A stretch of 64,000 bases of DNA from Takakia lepidozioides. Its lineage: Eukaryota; Plantae; Bryophyta. Numbering within the stretch: position 1 is the first letter of the stretch; each line of letters opens with the position of its first letter. Shown here piece after piece: positions 38,028 through 50,470 of this stretch. A model generated the notes under the pieces. The model saw only the letters and a program-made list of their open reading frames with translations. It did not search any database and had not been told where the DNA came from. A program made the position numbers and the translations under genes. The stretch lies in assembly GCA_030704615.1 (NCBI GenBank), contig CM060733.1, forward strand, positions 33,046,001 through 33,110,000, in the 5' to 3' direction.

Positions 38028-39564
38028 ATGTCTGTACATGACAGAAGTGAAGAGTTTATCCCCCAAGTTGTCCCCCATCTTGTTTCGAATCTTCGAAATC
38101 AAGTGCAATCTCCGAACACAGGTGCTTTCAATCACAATGTCTTACAATGGCATTATCAATGGCATGGTATCCCTCCCGGTAAAGACAACGCTTCAGTGGC
38201 CTACATTCCATGGAGTCGTGTGAATGATTTCATAACTGGGGAATCATCCCGCCCCGATGGGCCATGCACTTTCCGCAAACATCGCCAAAGAGGTTGTCCA
38301 CATGGATCACTCCTCGCTCCACGCACGAATAGTGCCTTAAGTCTAACAAGGTAAAACTATGTGAACTCCATGTAATACAGTACTATTTCGTGTCATCATT
38401 GGGGGCCCCTTGTTGTATGAGTCTTGGAGTTGCTCCATTGCAGTGTGAGTAATGTACCATGGTTTCTTTCGTAGGTATCACTGCTCATATGGGCCAGAGG
38501 ACAAGACGACTATCCTCTTGGAGGTAACCTCCGCCATGGCAGCCAAGAAATGGAAACCACGACCTCCCAAGAAGAAGGGGAGAAAGCCAAGACTTGTGGG
38601 ATCTGCCACCGAGCAAAAACCAAAACAAATGAGGACCACAAAAACGAAATATGGGGAGGGCATAAAGAGGGGATGTGTATGTCGGTTTGTAGTGAAGCAA
38701 TGCTATGTTGACCCTGAATTTGCAGAGTTGGTATATTACGAGAAGAGACACGTCAATGGAGCTGGAGAGATATGTCATGGGCCTGCACATGAAATTGGAC
38801 GTGCTGCATTAGCTTCCCACGTCGGTGAAGACATGAAAGCATGGGTAATGCACAACTTGCGGTTAGGGCGAAGCATCAACAAAATAATGGCGAAGCACAC
38901 GCAGCGGGTAAAGTAGTTGATGGATGCTGGATTGGAGGTCAACTGTGATACTTTCCTCCTTTCATGGGACATCCGGAATATTGCCAACAAATGTGATGAA
39001 GAAACATTCAAAAAACACTCAAATGATGCACGTAGTGTCCGCATGTAGGTGGAGGCCAACCCACATAGTGTTTTCTACTACCAGGAAGAATCGAACCACC
39101 CTGCATAGACTTCCAATGACAGAAAACTCGACCTCCCATTTGTGCTGGGCATACAAACTGAATGGCAGAAAAAACAGATGGTGAACCATGGACATTTGCG
39201 AATAGTGGCGTGCGATGCAACTTTCGGGACAAATGAAAAAAAAGTGAACTTCGTTCTGATGCAATGTGTATTAGAAGACCTGCAAATGCACTTTACATCA
39301 TAACATGTACATTCCATATGCATGAAAGAATTTGTAACATCTATTTTACATGATTGTTGCTGCAGTATCCATTGTACACCATGATGATGTTTAATGAGTG
39401 GCTGAATGGAATTCCAGTCGCGTACATTATCATGGCTAGGTGCAAAACTAAAGATCTGCAACTTTGGATGGAGGCACTGAACGACCAAATGAAAGCCAGG
39501 AAAGTCGACGGCGCCCCAATGCGTTTATTGTCGACAATGCAGATGCAGAAATTGCAGCCATCAG
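38028..39564 (+). pseudogene. MULE transposase of the plant SWIM 'zinc-ion binding' (At1g60560/At4g13970-like) family, 5' part
   Basis: AYIPWSRVNDFITGE; RYHCSYGPED; KRGCVCRFVVK..HVNGAGEICHGP; GIQTEWQ..ACDATFGTN; YPLYTMMMFNEWLNGIPVAY. In-frame TAGs. Confidence 0.82.
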
Positions 39565-40280
39565 GTACCTGCAACTTTACAAAACAATTGCTTGATCATT
39601 GCCAGCGACGCAATGGCGTGAGCCTTGCGCGTGAGCGTGCGAGCGTACGCTCACGTAGGAGTGACGTGGCGTGAACCTGCACCCACGCTGACGTGGCGTG
39701 AGCGTCATGTCAGCAGGCTGATGTGGCGGCATATGATGACATGGCACTGCGCCGTCATCTGCCACGTCAGCATTAACATGCGCCGCCTATAACCGAGGAT
39801 GGTCCTATGACCGTGGGATTAATGCAGGGAATCCTTGGCTGAATACACTCAAGACGACCATGAGGCCTACAATTGTAGCATCCAACATTGTGCAATTACA
39901 AATGTTTGTTTCACTTTTACACTTACGAGGACGAGAAAATATCCTCACAAAGTGTGCGCCATAGAGGCTGCCACAGGAAGACCTTGCTCCCTCCCCACAT
40001 AACAATGAGAGTTATGATCATCTTCAAAAGATGATTGCAGTGCATAGCGACAGGAAGACATGTAGACTTCGAAAGGTGCAATGATGCATGTGCTTTTAAA
40101 AGTTGTCACTCAGAGCTCACTCAGTATAGTTGGAAGCATAATGGAGGGATAAGGGACGCCATATCATTGCACCGCCGACGATGTTGCAAACGAATTGATT
40201 TGAATTGAATTTCCATGACAATGTTGCAAATTGCACATTTCATAGCATGGTCGTCCACATACCACATTGCATAGTTCATG

Positions 40281-43200
40281 CTACCCATGTGTTGTATCCC
40301 GCTGCAGTAGAGTATCGACCTCGTTGAAACTCAGAGTGGCCTGGTGAACAAAGTTGTCACGTTTGGGATCGCAAACCATCATCTTCAAAAATATGAAATA
40401 CAAATGTTTGCAGGGTATGAATTTACCTCTCTTGCCCAAACTGGTTGATAGCATATTCACAAAATCAGGACATGTGCAATTGGGGAAATTGGAAACCGTG
40501 ATGTCGTAGGGCCTATCATGAACAACAGATGTTGAAGTGATCATTGTGTACACCCGACCATATCCTGGATCGGGCACTTCCGTGGTGCTTGCAACACGAG
40601 CTTGGAGCATTCTTGCGGACTCCACTTTGTCAAAGTGTTCAGCGGTTGGAGGGAAACGCCAAACCAACTTTCCATCTCGTTTGGTTGGCCACAAGTGAGG
40701 ATTTGCCGGAGGGACCCGAGAGGACGCAAAAGTAGTAGCACGTGCATGCAGTTGGGGTTGTCTCGCAAGGGAAAAGCCTGCCTCCTCTAGCATTGCAATC
40801 TCTTGACTTGTGAGATGTGTTCCCACCTTGACGGGCCAAACGGTTGGAGGAACTGGCTTCATCACCACGGAAGGATGCACAGTTCCATGCACACATCTAC
40901 CACAATCGTCTGCGCAGAACCAGAACTTGTGGTTCTTGGCTTCTGGTTGACCGTATGGACGCATCAAACCCGTGAAAGTGGGAGCAGGAGTCCGGGCACC
41001 ACCTCTGGATATAGATGAAGTGCACTTCTCAAAATTAGTTGCTTTGATCGCTGTACATTTCACACGAGACCCTGCACTTGTGCGTTCAATGTGCAAACAT
41101 GGTCGGGGCGTGCGGACTCAAACACATCAAGGGGGTTGTTTCTCTTCTGCACCATTTTAGTGGCACAAGCTTGATGCTGGAGCCTGCCGTCGTGTTGGAG
41201 GTTCCTCCAGAATGGAGATTCCGGACATGGATCTGTTATGCAGGGGAACACGAGGCTTCGAGAAGTTATCACGGTCTGCCCTGTGCGAATCGGAATCCGA
41301 ACCAGGTGGAGTGTTCAATTTCTTCTTATACGAGCCGAATCTCTCATCCCCTTGAAGATGTGGAACTCTAGAAACAAGTGGCATTCCCTGGGCACACATG
41401 CTCACCACCCGTGCTATCTTGCTTGGATCCCCAGATCTGTTTGTAGCACGCAACATCAACTCCAATTTGTCCGGACCCTTGCCACGAACCCCACCTCGCA
41501 AGAAATCACGGTATCTGGTTTGTTGTTGCAAGGCATATATCAGATCATCTGTTGTTGCCACATACAAATCCCGATCTTGTTTCCCAGACTGTTGCAACCA
41601 TGCGTTGTGCACAGTCTCTGCCAAATTGCAAGATGGCATGTCCGCCATTTCCTCAATGGACATATTCTGCAAAGTGGAGAACCACACTTCAGAACAATGC
41701 ACAGGGAACAACATAAAGAAAGCAAGTAGTCAAAAATATGGAAAGTAAATGTATGAATAAAGCAAGAAATAGAAGCCTCCCACCATTGTCATGGCTGCTC
41801 CCCACTGTCTGTACCGGAAGTGCCAAAATGCTAGTCAATCTTCCAATGCTCTCATACTCTCAAGCGATGCAGCTCCAGAAGAGAACCACCAGGCACGAAT
41901 TGTCTGGAACAAAACGTCCGCCTCCTTCATTGTTCTAGCATCTTTATACTCTTTGCACAATTTACGGTGCTGTGTCTGCATTTCTGGTTTGATGTCTGAC
42001 TTTGTATGTTTCTCCAGAGATTGTGTCCAATGGAATAGACATGTACGCTCTCTTCCTGGCATTGGCACTTTTGGGTTGCCCGATCCGAAGACAATTCGAA
42101 CAGCATTGAAATTCGCCTGAGCACTATCTGCCATGAAACTTGCGAAATTTGGAGATGGCAGCCCATAACACGTATCATGGAATTCCACATGAGCTTCTGG
42201 GATTCCGTATCCTCGGATTGCATGTCACAAACTGCAATTGTCATAACTCGTTGGTACACTGGATCGTAGACGTGACAAGCCATTGTCGTCCAATCTTTCA
42301 CTCGTTTCACATGATCAAACATATGAAAACAATTCTGCAAGTTCCCAGTCTTCTGCATCCGCTTCACGAGGCTAACCCCACTGCCCTCCCCAACAGTCGA
42401 CATTCTGAAAAGAATACTTTGATGGCACCTTGACCTGGAAAAACATTGTCCTGGATGTAGTCGTACTTGCTCAGTCGTTTCAATTCCAAAATATTGTCTA
42501 TGTAGCCTCTGATCCCAGAGCTCATTCTCAATGCATTGATCTGATGCCGAATGTTAAGTGAACTCAAAGTGGAGAAATGATCCATGACAACGTCCAATGC
42601 TGCACCGTCACCACAGAATCCCCTTCACTCAATATATGGCTTTCCAAGAAGGACTTGCTTGCGCCAAGAGCAATTGCAGATGTTGTTGCGGATGGGTTTC
42701 TCCCGTACTCATGTTTAATCAACCTCGAAACTGTCTCAATACTCTCCCTGTAATCCCCCTTCGAGACAGGATGGTTATGGAAACCAAAATGCACACAAGC
42801 TCTTGTCATTGTTTTCAAACGGTGGACAACATAGTACATTCTTGCTCCACACAGCGTCGGGCAGGATGGTACAAGTTTCCAGAATTTGCAAACGAAAGTG
42901 TTTGCCGGTGGAGGAGCAGTCCCAAGCTTAAATGGATTTTCCGCGAGACCCTCCCACTCGCTTTGATTATGAACCCCAGACTGAAGAAAGTGTCTGCAAT
43001 TCAAATTATCACACCTAAGGTGTTCATTGCAAACTGTTCTCCTGAAAACAAGCTTGTCATCATTTTGAATATTGGATGTTTTTGTTCTGCACCATGGGTG
43101 TCCGTCGTGTTTCTAGTCCATTCCGTGCATCATGCTTGTTATACCTCCAACTCGCGGAGGAGGAGGCAGCTCGAATAGGATATCCCCATCAAAACATTCA

Positions 43201-43774
43201 GGCAGGAACGTCATAGGCACCTGCTTCAAAGTTTCCCAATCAATTCCTCGCAACTCACTTTTGAAACCTGCAATTCCTCCCATCGCCCGTAGTTTTGGAA
43301 TCACACTAGAATGTCTTCTACATCCGCTTCCACAACTACAGTAGGAAGGACCGGAGTCGGAATTTCACTTATGTCATCATCGGACGAATCCGAAAGCTCA
43401 ACGATTGGGGTGGGGGACATCTGTTCTTTTTTCACCACCACCTCCCTCTTGTCTTCAACGACTGAAGCAGCAGTCCCGGGCGTGACATACGATCCAAGGG
43501 ACTTTCGCCATGGCTCCCCAAGCACTCTATATCTACCAGGGCGCACTCTCCACTGGCTGACATGAGCAGTCTCATCACGGTTTTGGAAAGAGTATTTCAA
43601 CAATTTCCCATCCAAATTGTACACTTCTTTCTCCAAGAAGATGGAGCCATTCTGAAGCTCAAACCGGGTAGCCAAGATATGTTCCAGAACAATTGCGAAT
43701 CCATTGTCAAGGGCTTCTTTGGAGAAATGCACTGGTTTGTCGTCAGAAAATAACTCTGCTTCGGAGGAAGTCAT
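40281..43774 (-). pseudogene. MULE transposase, copy 2 (GCM-like + DDE + Cys-rich + SWIM)
   Basis: Collinear with 2573-6173: HFGFHNHP, HMFDHVKRVK, FMADSA, CLFH, CNLAETVH, CTCPDF..IPCKHLYFIF. Same intron position (~41669-41783). Frameshifts. Confidence 0.88.
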
Positions 43775-44427
43775 GTTACGTCCCTGACCGGGGGGTTCTC
43801 TTTCATGAGCTGCTCCTTTGCGAAATCAGATGATTCGGCTTTGCACCACACTGGGTGCACATGAAATGAGGCGGAAAGCAGACGTTCCATGAAGATTGTG
43901 TATATTCTGATATTCCATATAATCATCTGTGAAGTTACGGGGGACGGTTCCTGATAATCCGCCGTCAATTTAACGTATGCAACATACAGTTTGCATTGTC
44001 TTCTGCGCAATGCCGACAGATGATACACCAAGTTATGGGGTCACCGCAAAACAATAAAAACCCGCCGACTTCCTTGAAGAAAGCAACAGGATCCATGAAG
44101 GGATGATGGCAAGATAATTGAAGTACTTAGATGATTTGTTCGGCTATGACTAGATTCACTATGTCTGATCATGTTGATGCTTTCAAGAATATGCATGAAA
44201 TGGCCCAGAACTCTCCATGTACGCATATTACATGAAATCCTAGGTAGGCCTCATACTAACTACTTTGAGAATCCTCATCCATGACGATGTATACTGATAT
44301 TAATGAAGCCGTCACAAAAAAGACACATGTCTATTTTATGTCTGCACACGCCAACAACCCCTAACAGCCGCGTAAATGAACAGCTATCCCAATTAGGTTA
44401 CGTCATTTTCACTGAAAACCTACATTC

Positions 44428-44847
44428 ATGTATCGGACACGCAAGAGGGAATCTGACGGTTCAAGGGACACTCCCAAAACGACGGAACCGCGCAAGAAAG
44501 CGAGTCTGTTCATCTTTCTTGTTTCTGCCCTTAGAGGAAGAGAGGCAGCCAAGCTGGAGAGGGTTCCTTGTTCAGTTTGGAAGAGAAGGAAGTCATTATA
44601 TTTCACATCGCTTAGAGAGAGGCTGAGATCAAGAGAGAAAATGACGAGGCGTCGCATGCAAGAAGGTGTAGCGTTTAGGCAGCATCTGAACTTGCAGGAC
44701 AGAGGTCAAGCAGAAGAGCATGTGGGAAGTGAGAGTGAGGTCGCCGCAGTCGTAGCGATGGCTGGAGCAGTGAGCGTAGGTAACCGAACAATGCCAGCCA
44801 AGTTCATTCCCGAATTCAACTGGTGTTCTGGAAACAGACATTTTTAA
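44428..44847 (+). CDS. Small basic ORF divergent from transposase copy 2
   Basis: Conserved KRRKSLYFTSLRER..KM block shared with 1625-1939. Confidence 0.55.
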   Translation: MYRTRKRESDGSRDTPKTTEPRKKASLFIFLVSALRGREAAKLERVPCSVWKRRKSLYFTSLRERLRSREKMTRRRMQEGVAFRQHLNLQDRGQAEEHVGSESEVAAVVAMAGAVSVGNRTMPAKFIPEFNWCSGNRHF

Positions 44848-44850
44848 ACA

Positions 44851-45771
44851 GTGATGATTGGTACCGACCATCACTTTGTCTCCTAACAAATGACAGTCAA
44901 TGAATAGTGATGATCGGTACCGATCATCACTTTCTGCATTTTCCGAAGAAGACTTCAGACACCCTGATGTCTTTCTAAAAATTCAAGTGATAAGGGGGAT
45001 CGGTGGCGATCGTCAGTACCTGCCATTGAAAATGACACACCCTAAACTTTCAAACCACATTTGGAATGACAAGGATGATGCAAGTGATGATCTATACCGA
45101 TCATCACAACAAGACAGCCTTGGGAGGCACACATCCATGAGGTCTGAATGTGATGGTCGGCACCGATCATCATTTTTTTCCAGAATCCTTGCCATTCAGT
45201 GTATGAGACTTGGAGCAAAGAAATGGACTTGGAAGCGATGATCGACACTAATCATCGCTTTCCGGTCACTACAATTCCAGATTGGGATGGACCTTGTACA
45301 TCGTAAAGCAAAAGGTTGCATCGATACTCTCAATTTGGGGGTAATATCCAGTCATCACAGAAACTGATGGTCGGTGCCGATCATCACCATCAGATTGCCC
45401 TAGGATACACAACCCATGAGGTCTAAATGTGATGGGCGGCACCGACCATCACTTTCCTGAACGACAACGCCATTTCCCCACTTTCTCTGAACAAGAAGGG
45501 AATGGACGTGAAAGCGAAGATCGGCACCGATCATTGCTTTTAGGTCATTTCAAGATGCTACTTAAGTTCCCTGGCACTCTTACATCACCATGAAATTGGC
45601 CTTCTAGGCTTACATAAAGCAATGGCGAAGGTGATGGTCGGTACCGATCATCACATTCCTCGTGAAACGTATACTAGCTTGTCTGCCTGCCTTCCTGAAT
45701 CTACTGCCTGCCCGCCTGGTTGCCTTCCAACTACATTATTCTGTAAAGCGATGATCACCACCGATCATCGC
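44851..45771. repeat. Array of ~11 copies of a 24-bp palindrome GTGATGRTCGGYRCCGATCATCAC
   Basis: Copies at ~44851, 44907 (perfect 26-bp AGTGATGATCGGTACCGATCATCACT), 44996, 45084, 45150, 45235, 45364, 45429, 45514, 45630 and 45748. Confidence 0.92.
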
Positions 45772-47921
45772 TTTTCTTACCTCTGGGGACCATCAGTAAA
45801 GAGGAGGAAGTGCTTGTGAGGCAACTTACGGATCCCTTCGGCTTCTTCGGCTTCTTGGCTGCATCGCTCGGATCGCCCTCTTCTGCTTTCCTCTTCCCTT
45901 TTCCATCGGTCTGAACACAAGATACACCATGTTCTTGAATCCTAGATGGAAGGGAAAACATCCAGAATAATGAAAACAACAGTATGTGGATAAGTAGTGC
46001 TCACCACTTCTGTCTGATGTAGGGTTCACAAATTTCCTCCCTGTATGGCGTCCTCTGCTCCTCCCCCTATTCTCTTGTCTTATTACTATTTTGGGTTTTG
46101 GGTATGCAGAAAAATGTAAAATCTAAGCAGGGAGAAACAGAAGAAAAGGGCTTTGGAGAAGGGGACGACTCCACGAAGAGTTCTGAGAACAGCGAAGACA
46201 CAGACGAGCCTGAATTGCACTACCTTGACAAGGTGAAAGAGCTTATGTCATATCAAAAGGTAAATTCTCAGGAGGTTATTAGGGACATGATCATCTCTGG
46301 AGGACGTCTTGAAATCCCTCTCTGCCGCATGATCTCCATGCCTATGGTTCGTCCTCCACTTTCGCATGACATTACCAAGTTGGAAACAGATTTCGTGCAC
46401 GGGTACAGAATGGGTGCACAAGTATTCTATGTCTCACTGAAGGATATAAATGGTAACAGCACAAAAGTGAGCCCAGAGATAACGGACAACTGGGATGATT
46501 GCTGGAAGGATGTGAATGACGAGTTCGAGGACTCCCTGCTACTTGGACATAACACCCAGCAGTTCTGCAACCACATGTTCTATGTCTGGGACGGGAACCA
46601 TCGCCTTCTGGCTTGAATGGGGTACATTGCGAAACACCATTCAAAAGACAAGGACAAGCATTGTGATGTGGAGGCAATGGTTCTGGATCCTGGGAATGAC
46701 ATCGCAAGACTTCTGACTGCTATGCATGATGTGAACAAGTAGGACATCCTAAAAACCCCATTGCCTTTCAAATTGCATGTTGTGCACATTTCAAGTCCAA
46801 TCGTCAAATCTTTCTTACCTATACAATGTGTATTCTCTGTTTGCAGATCGACAGAGAAATCGCATGTTACTACGAACTTGGTCCACACACTTTTCCGTAT
46901 TCAAAGAATTGGTTTGATGAAGCTTGATGAGTTCCGCACAGTGCTACATCCTGATGTAATCAAGAAGTGCGAAACAGGAAGAGCTGTAGGGACCTGGTAC
47001 TCGTTGACCCGAGATGCATTTCTGGAGTACATGTATGCGGTATGGCCCAACCCACATCTTCCTTTCTTCAAAACATATTTGTAATCCTATGTGTTCTTAT
47101 CCAATCGTTGTTACATGCAGCAAGAACTGGCAGAGGCCGCCGAGAGGGGGAAATCTGAGTACTACCGCACTACAACAAAAGAGTTGAGGACTGCTAAAGG
47201 TGTTGGAGCAGCCATAAAGAAGGAGTACGAGATAAGGAGGACGAAGCTGATGTCCGCCTTCCCGAAGCAATTGAGAATAGTGGATCCCGGACTTGGGGAG
47301 GAGTTCCTTCTCCAAATCAAAGCCCACTATGACAAGCATGTACATCCAGAGATGCAACAGGAGAAATTGCACAGGCTGGCTCTCTCCATGGTCGACCCCA
47401 GACAAAAATTAGATGGCTTCAGATTTGGAACTCGGATCAGACGGTGAAGGATCTGAATCAATTCCCAAAAAGCACAATCCAGCCTGGAACAAAGGTCGAG
47501 TGAATAAGTGACATTGTCTTTGATCAGTGGCTTCACAAGGCCACATTTTGGAGTCAGGTATTTGTGGATTGTGCATATTGTATATGAATTATCCTTTGGC
47601 TTTATCATGGCCAGTTCTGATAGATGTTCCCCCTGCAGTTGGAGAAACGCGCCATTCTTGTCCTGGAGCAGAATCTGACATTGGAGGCGTACATTAGAAA
47701 GTGGAAAGGTCTCACTTGGCGGTACTGTTTCTTCCGGGAGTTCTCCAAGGATGGTAACATATTGAGGTCGAACGATTTCGACAGTCAAGTTGGAGGGGAG
47801 TGGGCGATGATGCGTGTTGTGTACAGGTGCAATATGTAAATCTTATCCATCAAATTCTTTGAAATATTGTAATGCATCATTGGGAAAACTTAATTTTCCT
47901 TCTCTGCTACAGAGCAGTTTG

Positions 47922-48176
47922 GTGATGGTCGGTACCGATCATCACTTCCACTACTTCGATCTTCTCACGTCATCCAAATGAATATTGCAGATCATGTCTA
48001 TTTTTCCATTCTGAATCATGCCTCTGTTCACATAGGCAGTCTGTTTCTGTTGAATGAAGTGATGATCGGTGCCGATCATCACATTTCCCAGTTGTGCAGC
48101 ATAGATAATCACAATGATTTGCCAACCCACGTTGCATTCTCTCATTTGAAAGTGATGACCGCCACCGATCATCACT
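47922..48176. repeat. Three intronic copies of the 24-bp palindrome (a fourth, degenerate, at ~49359)
   Basis: GTGATGGTCGGTACCGATCATCAC (47922), GTGATGATCGGTGCCGATCATCAC (48059), GTGATGACCGCCACCGATCATCAC (48152). Confidence 0.9.
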
Positions 48177-49596
48177 TTCTGCTGCTTTTTAATATCTTGT
48201 TTTTGGGTTGGTGCTTGTTTGAGCATCCGCAGATACACTAAATATGTTCTAATGGAAGGAAAAAACCTGAGTGGAATCCCAGATTACCTGGACATGTGGT
48301 CCGACCCTGCCAACGATCCCACCATGTACACAGCTGGAATCTTGAGGGATTGGAGTCCTGCCCACTTCAGGGACTGTGGATGGTACCTCGACTGCCGTCC
48401 AGAGCACACAGAGTACGAGAGGAACATAGCTTCATTGGCCGCCAAGGAGCCAGACGCGCAGGGAACTCCACAGAAAGGCATGAATGGGGGTCGAAAGGTG
48501 AAAGACAAGGATCCAAAGGCTTCGGAGGGAGTAGCCAAGTCGCCTAGGAAGGCAAAGGAGAAAGAGAAGTCCAAGGAGAAGGAGAAGGAGAAAGAGAAGG
48601 GGAAGGAGAAAGAGAAGGACAAGGAGAAAGGAAAAGAAAAAGATGAGACAACTGGGAGATACACCAGCACTATTGAATGTGTTTTTGATGCCAAGCCACA
48701 CCCTTCCCACGCGGACTTGGCAGGGCAGAGCAAGATTGTCAATGAGGGATGGCTGGCGATGATGGAGACTCGGAGAAAACGGTACTCAGGTGTGCCATCA
48801 CCGACTTGGGATAACATGATTTCTTTTCTTAAAGAATCTTTCTCTTCACATGGGACATTTGAAATTGTCAATGCCAATGTAGATGTTGGTTTCTCTTGGG
48901 ACCCTCATTTTTTCTTGTATTAAAATTGGACCTATATGTTGCAGGTGAGCATTGGACCCTCATTCGTATGCGGTGTTCGAAAAACCTTTGCCGCTGACAT
49001 GGTCATCCTTGACATCCCAGACAGCCAGCCTGTCCGCGACGTTCCTCCAAAGGGAAAGACTCCGTCCTGGAACAGATTCGATGAGAACTACTGGAGTTGG
49101 GTATTCGGATTCTGCAATAATTTCCTTTCAGATGCAGGAATGCTTTTGCTCTTCCAGTCATGTGACAATGATAGTCGTAGGGGACTGGCAATATACCTGA
49201 AGTCGTTTGGGTTCGAAATTCTGAGGGCATGGAATTGTGTGAACATCCTCTACCTTTTGAAAGGTGGTTTCCCTGGACAGCTGGTATGGCACCACCCTCC
49301 TCCGTGCTGTTTTCCATGGCTTCTTGTTATTTCTGCTGGCTTGCTCTACCACCATCTCTGATGATCGGCAACGATCATAACAAATACATTCCGTTTTAGT
49401 TTTCATTTGCAGTCCATGTTTTGTTCCTTCCTGTGCCAGACTTCCTCCAATATTTCCATGTCTCACCCCTATCTTCCATCTTTTCCAAACGAGGATGTTT
49501 GAGGCAATTTGCCTGAGGAGGATTCGCACCTCCAAAACACCATCCTCCGTTCGCAGCTTTGAAATTTCCGATCAGGGGTGTTTCATCAACCCCCCT

Positions 49597-50448
49597 CACT
49601 ACAACAGATCGCGGTATTTATGACTGTATATATGACTATTCTGCAGTCATAAACGGTGCGTATGACTTCTATGACTGTAAGTCGTGCAAACCAAGTCAAT
49701 ACAATGAGTACAGGATGGTACGGTCCGGATGACTAGAGTCATATGAACCAAGTGATATCTCTCACTGCAGTCTTATATACCATACTGCAGCCGCCGCTGC
49801 TGCGCCACGTGGCGAGGCGCAATTGATTTAAAAAATTAAATTAAATTAAATTAAAACTAAAAAATATAAAAACATATGTCAAACGCCGCGTCGCATCGCA
49901 TTGTGCCACGTGGCATAATGCATTTTATAATTTAAAAAAAAACCACGTGGCAGTCCATCTAGGGTACCACGTGCTATCCCTAGCTCGCCTACTAACCCTA
50001 GGGCCATCTTATCCATTTGATTGTACTTAGAGGAGTTTGAACCTACAACCTCTTTACTATAAGAGTTATAGTTCACTACCTGTTAACCAATACACCCATT
50101 AGTCATTTATATGATCATATGGTGTTTTAATTGTATTATACACACCAAATTACAAAATCCCCAGTAGTCATCATGACTAGGTAACCTCATCCATGTACAC
50201 TGTAGTCATGGAAATGACTATGAATGGTGAGCTAAATCTGGTCAATTGCCGTTGACCAGCCTTCCGCCCATTCCGGAGCCATGTAGTCACACAGACGACT
50301 ATTTAGATAGTCGTTCATATGACTACAGTCGTATGAACGACTGCGGGAGGTCAATTTCATATAAAAACATGGTGCACTCATGGTCAAAATCATGAAAACC
50401 ATGACTACCACGGTTTGACAGTCATAACTACCACGATCTGTTGTAGTG
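49597..50448. mobile_element. Non-autonomous CACTA element, complete, TSD CCT
   Basis: TIR CACTACAACAGATCG(C/T)GGTA at both ends; CCT at 49594-49596 and 50449-50451; ATGACT/AGTCAT subterminal repeats. Confidence 0.95.
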
Positions 50449-50470
50449 CCTTATGAACAGCATGGATGAC

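Larger units (their letters stand above)
46104..50470 (+). pseudogene. Multi-exon gene, 5' part: ParB/Srx-like domain + KE-rich linker + amino-MTase catalytic-half-like region
   Basis: VWDGNHRL (46587-46607); six or more GT-AG exons; KEKEKEK linker; ADMVILDIPD (DIPD at 49011-49022)...FCNNFLSDAGMLLLF resembles motif IV (DLIITDPPY) to motif VI (LKPGG.I.I). TGG>TGA stop at 46614. Confidence 0.65.

Noticed and set aside
44851-45771. CRISPR array (palindromic repeats with spacers)
   Set aside because: Eukaryotic context, no cas genes, irregular 30-105-bp spacers that are themselves duplicated, and further copies inside introns.
48284-48877. 197-aa FSFSF-rich ORF
   Set aside because: Antisense shadow of the KE-rich exon.
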